Under the pieces are notes generated by a model. That model made no database searches and was not told the DNA's origin. It saw only the letters and a list, made by a program, of their open reading frames with translations. 64,000 bases of DNA, taken from contig JAHLWZ010000790.1 in assembly GCA_020536535.1 (NCBI GenBank), positions 322,961-386,960 of the forward strand, written 5' to 3'. Every line of letters starts with the position of its first letter. Within the stretch, counting starts at the first letter, position 1. Below are positions 1 to 9,402 of the stretch, in pieces. The translations under genes were made by a program, and so were the position numbers. Origin of the DNA: Pelomyxa schiedti (Eukaryota; Protista; Evosea).

Positions 1-417
1 GCAATTCCCGCACAATCCACAGAAACTGCCCTGCCTGAGACACACCAACCAATTACGGCACTCAAAACACATGAGCCCCTTCCCACCTCCACCCCAACCC
101 CAACGCCAACACCCACATCCACATCCACACCCTCACCCACCCCCAAACCCTTGCAAACCAATGCCATAAGGGAATCACCACCCTCATCGCAAGTACCGGT
201 CCCTGAAGAAGAACAAGAAGAACAAACCCAACACAACCAACAGCAGCCACAACAACCGCAGGAACCATGTCAGCCTTGTGAGGAAGCACACCCCGACAGA
301 GACGAGGATGAGGATGATGAAGAGGTTGTGTTCCGGGATGATGACAGGCCCCTCGATTCACCACCAGTGTCCCCCCTGAGACCTCCCGTTTCTCCATTTT
401 CACCTCTCAGTTCCTAG
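1..417 (+). CDS. 3' end of a gene entering from the left; Thr/Pro-, Gln- and acidic low-complexity tail, product unknown
   Basis: Frame 1 is open from base 1 to TAG at 415-417 (..PTSTPTPTPTPTSTSTPSPTPK..QQQPQQPQ..DEDEDDEE..), followed by an (AAAAC)n tract typical of a 3' flank. Confidence 0.6.
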   Translation, partial: AIPAQSTETALPETHQPITALKTHEPLPTSTPTPTPTPTSTSTPSPTPKPLQTNAIRESPPSSQVPVPEEEQEEQTQHNQQQPQQPQEPCQPCEEAHPDRDEDEDDEEVVFRDDDRPLDSPPVSPLRPPVSPFSPLSS

Positions 418-433
418 TGGTACCACTAGCCAG

Positions 434-476
434 CAAAACAAAACAAAACAAAACAAAACAAAACAAAACAAAAAAA
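434..476. repeat. (CAAAA)n microsatellite
   Basis: About 8 tandem CAAAA units seen directly. Confidence 0.95.
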
Positions 477-698
477 GTCCTCGTCTTACGATGGTGTTCA
501 ATAGGAAAGGTTTGGTCTTTTAGAGAAGAAATTTAAACGAGACGCGTCAAAATTCAATTGTTGCAGTTGCGGCATTAAATTTTTTTTTCTTCCTGCGAGA
601 TTAAAAAAAACAATAAACTCGCTGTTTTTTTTTCTTTTTTGGCCACCATCGAATCTACACCACCCGCCGTGTGAGGGGTTCCGGAACTACGACAAACA

Positions 699-1579
699 AT
701 GCCCTCAAGGAGGTACTCAGTCGAGCCCGAAAACGCGACAAAGAGTGAGTATTTTTTCCGTGTCGGCCGATACCATTTTTTTTCGCCCGACGCGTCCACC
801 TTGGACCGTTTTTCTCTTCCTATTTTGTTTGTTCCATGCGCTCCACCTTGTTGCGATAATCATCTCACTGGCACCAAGGCTGCAAGGCTCGCGGTTCTGA
901 TTTACGTGTTCACTTCAAGGTTTTTTCAATCGCACCTCCCCCAGCGCAGTAAATTTAAAATGACAGAACACACGCGAGACTGCATCCGCAATAAAGGGAA
1001 TGAAGCTCCCACGCGCCAAGGCCTACCTTAGCCACGTTATTGCACACAAGGAAATTGTCCCGTTCCGCCGCTACTGCTATGGCGTCGGACACAAATCTCA
1101 ATGCAAGGCCTGGGTGCGTTTTCAATAGAACGTCACCATGTGTGTAACATGTTTGCTTGTAGAAATGCAATGCCGGTCGCTGGCCCAGAAAATCTTGCGA
1201 GTTTTTACTGGCACTCCTCAAGAATGCACAGGCCAATGCCGAGGCAAAGGGACTTGAGTACGAAGCCCTTCGCATTGCCCACATTCAGGTCCAGAAAGCT
1301 CAAAAGCAACGCCGCAGGACATACAGAGCTCACGGCCGCATTAACCGTGTGTTTCTTTTCTCACACCTTCAACTGTTTGCCATTTGAATTCTAACCCTGT
1401 TTTTCTCCTTTTCCTTTCTCTTTTCCACAGCCTTCATGTCACAACCCTGCCACATCGAGATCATTTTGACAGAGGATGACCACGTTATTAAGAGCACCAC
1501 CGAACCAGTGAAGGAAACCAAACCAAAGAAGATTTCCAGGAAGAAGCAGGCACGCGAGAGGGCCGAGAGAAGGGATTGA
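699..1579 (+). CDS. RPL17: 60S ribosomal protein L17 (uL22), 5 exons
   Basis: Spliced product [75 protein letters not shown] matches eukaryotic uL22; four GT-AG introns; TGA at 1577-1579. Confidence 0.97.
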
Positions 1580-1628
1580 AGTAAAGAATAGGAAATTTTC
1601 TACAACAAAGTTTCTTATGTGTTCTGTT

Positions 1629-2630
1629 TCAGTTTTTTTTTTTAGCTTCGATTTGTTTCTTAGACTTGTGTCCTTGCTTCTTGAGGATAATAATAAGCAC
1701 TGATATTCCAAAGGCCACGAAATTGAAGACCATAACGGCTCCTACTATCCCACCAGCGAGCGCTAGTGTCCACAGTTCTTTTGAATCGTAGATAAAGAAG
1801 GCGTAGAGTCGCATGGTATTATCAAATTCACCGGGGTAAGAGAGAACTGTAAGGACATGAGTGGGAGGTGATACAAACGAGCTGTTATTGGAGAGGGAAT
1901 GGAACCTTCTGCGGGGTCACAGTGGCAGTCATATGTTTGTCCAACCTCGAACTGTTCAATATCTTCATTTGCTGTGTCTTCGTCAGTCCACACAGCATGA
2001 TGAGTAGTCGCCAGAGCAGTTCTGTTCTCGTATCTAAAATAAAAAGAGATGTATGTTGGAAAAAGGAACCCAGGAGAGCATGGAGTTGGCTCTCGTACGT
2101 TTCACCATCGATTGTTATATTAACACTCCACTGAGCACGAAAATTTCCTAGGCCGTCACCAAAGTAAGTATCCTCCAAAACGTCTGTTTTTTTTTTTTTT
2201 GTTTTGTTTTTTTTTGTTTGTTTTGTTAGCTGTTGAAAACCACTCAGCTATTATATTTCTCTACATATATATATATAATATATATATATTTTAAAAAAGA
2301 ACCGCTGTCCATAATGAAGCAGGAGCCCAAAACTATAGCATTCTTGTTCCTCACGTGCTTTGTGAAGCCCCAGGCGCCCAGGGCAGCGAAGCCACAGGCG
2401 AAAGCGCCAAACACCAGCACGAGGGCCAGGGCTCTGAGCCACTTGCGCTTTAGCAGCGACCTCCCGCGAGCAGGGAGCGGGGCATCAGGGACCCCTGACT
2501 TGCGGTTGGCCTCCTTGGCTTTCTCCGCTGCCTCCTTCTCGGCGTTGTAGGTGTCGGTGGTCCCGTGTTGCAAGTCGAGTACCTGGATGTCCGCTTTGGT
2601 GTCCGTCGCCGCGCCGGTTGCTCCTGACAT
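1629..2630 (-). CDS. Two-TM membrane protein with Cys-containing loop (topology like BK-channel beta/TipE/DUF3592), spliced
   Basis: TM1 LRALALVLVFGAFACGFAALGAWGF; loop with SCFI and FEVGQTYDCHCDP; TM2 LALAGGIVGAVMVFNFVAFGISVLIIIL; C-terminal KKKN fits a KKxx ER-retrieval signal. Confidence 0.65.
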
Positions 2631-2889
2631 TGGGATTATGGGTGCGGGTGTTGGGCGGTTGCGAGTGACGACGAGTGAGTTGGGATCTGAACGGCCGTTG
2701 CCACGCAATTACTTTAAAGCACCACCACGAACAAAGACTGATCATTAATGATCTCTGAAGTTGCCCAGCTCCTCTATAAGGAGTTCACCAAGTGCTACAC
2801 CACTGGTCTGAAACCATTCCTTCATCGGGGAAACACTTGGGGCCTCTGGGCTTGATTGATCAGAGAAAAACTGCAAGGCTTCCTCCGGA

Positions 2890-5800
2890 ATGGATGAGAT
2901 TGTGCGTAGCGTGCAACAGACCACGCGCACGTCCCATAAGTCGTAAATAAATGTCGTTGTGTTGGAGAAGCGTTTAAGGCCGGTGGGTGACTTCTTCTTC
3001 TAAACCCACACAGGAGGCACTAAGGGAACAATTGAGGCTGTTGCAAGCACAACCAGCCAGCTATGTACTGACTGAAAGGAATGTAGTTGAACTAGGTGCT
3101 TTCTTTCATATACTGATTTTTTTGTTGTTTTTTTTTTACTCACGGTTCAAAAAGTTTTCAAGTGTTCCAAATTGCACATGCTTCCTCAGTTGATTTTCAC
3201 ACTGGATGGAAAGGTACTATGGACACAGAGTTATCCACCTCCTCTTAATAGCACCACAGGAATTCATGACTCCAACAAGGCTTTACCAGGAAATTGAGGA
3301 CGAATTGAATGCACGTGGCGGTATCGCTTCACAATATGGATGCCTAATCGCCTTACAATTAATTTCCAGGCCGGGCAGACACTCTCTCCTTTGCAGACTT
3401 CCTGCACATCAATCAATCCGACTTTGATGAACAATTGCCGGCATTCCTTAAAGCCAAACCAACAATAGTTTTAGTGGGATCTGATCTTATCTCCAAGTGA
3501 TATTCATGCCTACTAAACCTTTTCTTACACCTCCACCAGACTGTACTTTGACAGAATGTGTGAAGAAGTGAATCAGGATCTGCGAGTTTCTGGAGAAGTA
3601 ACTATTGATGAGTTATGTAAGAAATTTGAGCTGTCTTCTGACATGTTTACTCAAGTAAGCCAATTGAATTGACAAATAAGTACCCTCAAGTTTTTATTTT
3701 AGGTTCTCACTGAAAGATTGGGTACTGTTGTTCATGGAACTTTGGATGGTGGTGTTATCTACACCCAAAGTACCTCTGTGTTGCCCTTTTTCCTCTTTGT
3801 CTCACTGTTTTAATGCAAAGCCTTAATTGATAAACATTATGCCATGGCACGGGGTTTATTGAGAGCCGCTACCTATCCCATTGATTTGCGAAGTATAACT
3901 CATAAGAGAAAACTGAATGACAGTATCTTCATGTCTGCTGTGGAGGAATTGATAAAAGATCATCAAGCTGATGGGATCGTTGAGTCGGGAGTCTGTGCGT
4001 TGCCAACATGTCCTGTTTATTCTCATTCAGCTTTTAGTTACTCCTCATGTGTATTTGAAGGCAAGATCTCAATATGTTAATTCCTTCTTTACTCAGAATG
4101 GGTTCGTTGGTAGCATTTTTTTTTTTTTGAATTCCCCATAACAATCCCCAGAATACAAGATGGCTGAGAAATTGGGGGCTGGCAGGTATTTCATTGAGAA
4201 CTACTTGCCAAAAAACTCAGCTGTATTTTTGTCTACCTGCTGTCTTCGCACATCTTTCGTGGATTGCATTGAAACAGTGCTTATTGATGTGATAACAGAT
4301 AAAAACTGGATTGACGTGGCCGTATGCACCATTGAGAGTTGTTTCCATAAAGACCAACAACTGAAACACACAAAAAGCAATACCTTCCCTCAGTGGTAAC
4401 CAAGGCTGATATCAAGCAGCTTCTTGAGAAGTGCCCTACAGTATGTGACAGTGCACAACCAAAGGTCGTTATCTTGGACTCCACTGTTATCAGCTTGGAT
4501 TTGCTGAAAACCATTATGGCATCTTTCGAAAAAGATCTTTATGTCAAAGCAGCAGCCCATGCAGGAACAGTCAAGGCAAAACCAACTAAACCGAAAAAAA
4601 AAGAGGCCCCAACAAAGAAAGGTCGTGGAGCAGACCGTAGAAAGAAAATTGAGGAGGAGGAAGAGTTGGAGGAGGAACCGCCAGGGTTACAAGTTTCTGT
4701 GGAGGAAATCACAGAATTTTGCAAAAAATTCATAAAGGATGACCCTGATGGTGAAGTAGCTGAAGCAGTGGCCATTCACCTTAGCGAGTACTCTAGCCAT
4801 TACATTCCACAATCTAACTCTTTCCCCACAGCCAGGTTGAAGAAATGTATGCCAAGCTCGTTTCAGCCCTCAGTGTTGACAAAAGTGCTCTGCAAAAGGA
4901 CTTATTTTCCAAGCTTCAGGAGCACTTGTGCAACCTTCTCACGGATTCCACGTTAGGAATAAATGTACTGTCACTCCTGCCAGGTTTTGGTTCTTTGCCA
5001 CAAAAATTTTTTAAAATCTGTGTTTGCATTAGCTGAAGAGGGAAGCTTTACTGAGAAGCACATACTTCGAACCTGGTGCACAGACATACTCAACATCCTA
5101 GTTTATTCCCAGGCAATAGACCAGGGTGTTCCAATTCCCCCGTCAGTTCCGTCAACTGCTCCTCCCACGCTCGTCACTTCCCCGGAATTAGTGTTTCTAG
5201 AAAAAGATGCCCCAGCGCCGCATACGGCAACACCACTGCTAACTCCTCAAGAGAGGGGAGCATTGATGAAACAGTTGTCGGAAGATGTAGCGGAAACACT
5301 TAACACCTTCCTTGCTCTAATTCAGAAAGGGGTACCTGCTAAAATTCAGATTTGATGAAGTTTAATTCTTTTCCTCTAGAAATTGAGACCATTTTTAGAC
5401 GCGCTCCCTGATGTATGTGAGACATACCAATTTCATCTTAGGAAGATTGATAAGCGATTGGAGAGGTATGATACCTTAGCTTCTTTTTTTAACACTATTT
5501 CCTTAGAGAGAGGGTTTTGTTGTGGCTACATAACCTTGAGAGGTGGCTCAAACAAGAATCTGATTGTCCTACTGCCTTGCATCTTTCCCTTGAATTACTC
5601 AATTCACGGAAACACAATGCAATAGTTTTCACACCCCCCAGGTTTAGTGGAATTCAATATGAAAATCAAATTTACACATCACTTTAGGTGCGTACCTTGG
5701 CTACTTGGGAACATTGAGCATAGTGTCCCCGCACCAGTTCTTCAACAACTCGAGGAATACCACTCCTATGTAGGCAAGTTCCTCAGAATCCACAACACCG

Positions 5801-6060
5801 GAGCCGAAGTAGTGCCGACACAAACAACCACCACATCCAAGTCCAGCAAATCAGCACCCACAACACTAGGTGACACAAACACACTAGCGGAGCTCACTAC
5901 CTCTATGACGGCCAAACTTCCGGCTCTAATTACCGCGACTCTCCAGTGCACAGAACTTCAATCATCCACCCCAATCTCTGCACCACCACTTACCACACCA
6001 CAATCCACACAGCCCACACCCTCAGCCTCCAAAGACAGGAGCAGGAAGGGAAGAAGATAA
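2890..6060 (+). CDS. UFL1: E3 UFM1-protein ligase 1, multi-exon
   Basis: MDEI-EALREQLRLLQAQ..LTERNVVEL..LIFTLDGKEFMTP..LYQEIEDELNARGGR..YFDRMCEEVNQDL..FFTQNGFVEY matches the UFL1 N-terminal domain; central K/E-rich linker. Confidence 0.93.
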
Positions 6061-6130
6061 ATGAGGAATCAAAAAAAAAAAAAAAAAGGGGGTTCAAAAG
6101 AAAAGCCTTCATTATCTTTACTCTAGGTAA

Positions 6131-6499
6131 TTATGAAGAGAAACATGGTTCTATGCACAGAACAAAAGGGTCTGTGGGCTCCCCCAAGGCATTCGCTGAA
6201 GCAGATTGGTCTGGAGAATGGTCCTGCGAGAATTTGCGGCGTAGTAATTTCGCAGGAGATTTTCTGCACGAGGAGAGTCGCTCTTGTAGTGACTGCTGGT
6301 ATTGGTCCCATTCCTCAGTGGCAGGTAGGGAGCAGATACCAGATCCAGAATCCGCCGCTTGTGAGGGACCGAGGAACTCTGACGAAAGCCACTTCACAAA
6401 CACAGCGTCGTAGGCCCTGAGCCTCTGATCGCACACACGAGCCGAGTCCGTGTTTTGGTCCACCCACAAGTCTCGTGCTCGTCGTGACTTTTTCTCCAT
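6131..6499 (-). CDS. Mdm35/TRIAP1 (UPF0203)-like protein with degenerate twin CX9C motif, 122 aa, intronless
   Basis: CDQRLRAYDAVFVKWLSSEFL and PATEEWDQYQQSLQERL align by eye with TRIAP1 helices [21 protein letters not shown] and PCTDLFKRYQQCVQKAI; first ATG at 6499. Confidence 0.7.
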   Translation of the reverse strand: MEKKSRRARDLWVDQNTDSARVCDQRLRAYDAVFVKWLSSEFLGPSQAADSGSGICSLPATEEWDQYQQSLQERLSSCRKSPAKLLRRKFSQDHSPDQSASANALGEPTDPFVLCIEPCFSS

Positions 6500-6772
6500 G
6501 TTAGTGCCACAACTCTCCACCCGAGAGTCACAACTACCTTCACAGCAGCAGGATTTCGTTGTAGTGGATGAATGCTCTACCCCGACGGCGTGCACTGGTT
6601 CCCCGTGGTTAGCGTCAGTATGTTGTGACTGTGTATTCCAGTTACGAAACGTGGGGTTACAGGACGAGTACTGTTCCGGTGCCCATGTTGATCACAATCT
6701 TCGGTTCAAGTCGGCTTGATGATTCTTGGAAATCCAGGATAATCGGAAAAATCGGAGTTGGAAAGTCGACGA

Positions 6773-7716
6773 ATGTGGGCCGTTGGCCACGCGGCAGCGA
6801 GTTATTTGGCGGCCACGACGCTCGTTTGGTGCTACAACGCCGCGTGCTCTGCGAAATTGCTGAAAAATCACACCCCAATTGACTTGAGCGCGCGCCTGCT
6901 GTTCTGCGTGGTGTTGTGCAGTAACTGGCCTGATTTCGCGCATTATGGGAGCCTGCGTATCCTTACCCATAATGGGCTCGCTGTGCTTTTCGCCCCCGCG
7001 ATAGGCATCATTCTGCTGAACATGGCATTGGGCCCAATGCGAGTTTGGCTCCTTTCCCCTCCCTCTCAGTTCATCATGACTCACCCATTATTGCAACTCA
7101 CCTCCGTTTTCTCGTTGGGGTTGGTATGTTTGTTGACGACGACGCTCACTTGCCTGTACACTGACAGAGGCTTCATTTGAACCAACTTGGCGTTGTTGTT
7201 GTGAGTAGCTTGTGCCATGGCTTGTGTGACACAGTTTTCGGCACATTTCATTATCTCTACCCCTTTTCTTCCAAGTCACTCTCTGTGTACCTATTCAACA
7301 CCCCGCATGACAAGGTTTTCGATTCATCTCAAATTCTTTTTCAAAATATATCCTTCGCTGTAATAGTTCTAACCCTGGGTTCGCAGGCAGCGGAAATTGC
7401 TCTTGCAATTCCTTTCCTGGTCATTTTCCTTGTGACTGGGCACCGGCAGCGTATTGCACACTTCTTCTGCTGCAGCAAACACAACTCTAAGGGGGCCTCT
7501 GGCTCTGCTACCAAAGCAGAGAAGCTTGTTATGTGGCTGTACTGTGTGTTCCTGACACTACAATATGCACTGTTCATACGGACAAACCCAGAGTGCCTCA
7601 CACTCAACAGCCGGTGGTATGCCTGGCAATTCACTGTGGTGTTCGGCTTGTTTTATGGGGTGATGGCCTCAATTCCCCTTCATGAGGTTTCCTGTATGTT
7701 ATTTCAAGGGCGTTGA
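6773..7716 (+). CDS. YdjM/DUF457-like membrane-bound metal-dependent hydrolase, 2 exons
   Basis: Family motifs in order: N-terminal GH, SNWPDFAH, RILTHN, LCHGLCD, YLYPFS; several TM helices; one GT-AG intron at about 7123-7168. Confidence 0.8.
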
Positions 7717-7760
7717 TTGTTTATTGCAAAGTTCACCGAGCCATTGGAACAAAGGAATAA

Positions 7761-8434
7761 CTACCTTGCTTTGCCCTTTCCTTTTTTTTTAAGACCGTGA
7801 CGATGATCGAATTCCCTCACAACTACTCTGTGAATTTGGTTGTTCTTCATCTGGTCTCAGAAAAGTTTACACCACATACAATGATGGAATCCATTGTCAC
7901 AAAGCCAAGACGCTTATCAAAGGGCAAGTTCCTGACATTAGAACTTTCCTGTAAGAATAATATAAGTCACTCACAGCGAAGAGATGTAGAGGTTATTTCA
8001 TTTTATTTCATACCAAATAGCAAGGCCAGTCCAGTCCAGTCCATGCTGTCTGCTAACGCAAGCTCTGGTGAGAGTATAATACCTCCCGTGCCTTGTCCCT
8101 GGAAATACAGGTCCACACCAAGTCCAAATAGCTTCAAGTATCTAGCTTTAGTTCCCATGATATGCTGTTCACAAAGAACAGCTTAATCGTTGACAGTGTT
8201 GACGGACTTGGATTGAGTAGTGAGCCAAACGGACACCGCATGAAGGCGAGCCACAGACAGTACAATAGAAGGGAGCGGCCATGATAGTCTGGAACTGCAG
8301 CCATGAACAAACTGTCTTCCATGGAGGCCCTGGACATCACCACTGCTGCTTCGTGTGTCTGGCTGCTGTGAATCCCACGCAACTGGTCGTTGCAACTAAG
8401 AAGTGTTTGGCTATCCGGACCACGACAATGCCAT
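7761..8434 (-). pseudogene. GNAT N-acetyltransferase, frameshifted or decaying
   Basis: LGVDLYFQGQGTG (acetyl-CoA motif A) and PCYL|ESSNVRNLPFDKRLGF (motif B) lie in different frames either side of a (CCAGT)3 repeat at 8026-8040; central region short and also out of frame; start uncertain. Confidence 0.7.
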
Positions 8435-8482
8435 CAATCTGGTAACCAAATTGCTTAGATTCAGAAAAGATGTTTTTGTGCT

Positions 8483-9230
8483 ATGATTTCGTCTGCAGCC
8501 AGTGTGTTCACTCCGAGCCCTCCATCTACCATTATTTCGTTTGCTGTAAACCAGCACAGTCCCGGTGTTGTTGGTCGGCGAGCAAATGGCACTGCAGCAA
8601 CCCCACAAGTCGACTTCACAGTTGGTAGGCCTTATGCACTAAAGGAAGGAAACGAACAACGGAAACAAATAAACATTGCTCTTCTTCGCGTAGTAGCCAT
8701 TTCACTTGTAACACAGAGGACCGATGGGGCAAACTGCATAACGTGAGAGCCAATGTTGGTACTTCCGTTTGGGAAGCAGTGCGGAACGCCGGTATTGAAA
8801 TCGAAGGTCAGTATTTGAGGTCACATTTATATAGCATAGACACATTTATTTTATTTATTCGTTTACAAATTAACGAACGTTTTACAGGGGCCTGTGAGGG
8901 TAGCTTGGCTTGTGGGATGTGAGTGCATTGTCCTTGTTATTCCTATTTTTTTTTAACTGAACTGTTTGGCGTTACATTACATAACACTTCATTCACGTTC
9001 TAGGTGCCATGTTCACATTGATAAAGAACACGCTAAGAAATTCCCACCACCAGTACAACAAGAAAAAGATACCTTAATGTTTGCTCCCAATAGATCAGCC
9101 ACGTAGGGAATAGACCCAAGCCACACCACAATACTCACCAAAAACCAAAACCAGATCTCGTCTTTCTTGTGCCTTACTTATCAACCACGATTCATCCAGC
9201 ATGCTCGTCAAGATACCTAACTCAAGTTGA
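8483..9230 (+). CDS. Adrenodoxin-type [2Fe-2S] ferredoxin with N-terminal extension (probable mitochondrion-related-organelle protein), 5 exons
   Basis: Spliced: ..VDFTVEDRWGKLHNVRANVGTSVWEAVRNAGIEIEGACEGSLACGMCHVHI..EKDTLMFAPNRSATSRLSCALLI..; Cx5Cx2C..C ligands and SRLxC motif; about 40-aa Ser-rich, acid-free leader containing GRRA. Confidence 0.93.
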
Positions 9231-9402
9231 CCGTATCGAAGATACTAAAGGGGCAAAGTCAAGGAGAGACCACTATTATTCGGCGTAAAATAGGTTTTCT
9301 TTTTCGCCTTCGTGCCGGGCAATTCTGCCACCGGTTACAACCAAAGGAAAAAACGAAAGTTAATCTGTTTTTTTTTTTTTTTTTAAAAACTGAAAAAGGC
9401 TG

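Noticed and set aside
699-6060. Functional clustering of RPL17 (exit-tunnel protein) with UFL1 (60S UFMylation ligase)
   Set aside because: The known UFL1 substrate is RPL26, an unrelated gene lies between them, and proximity alone is not evidence.
6133-6420. 95-aa plus-strand ORF
   Set aside because: No recognisable motif; antisense to the better-supported Mdm35-like ORF.
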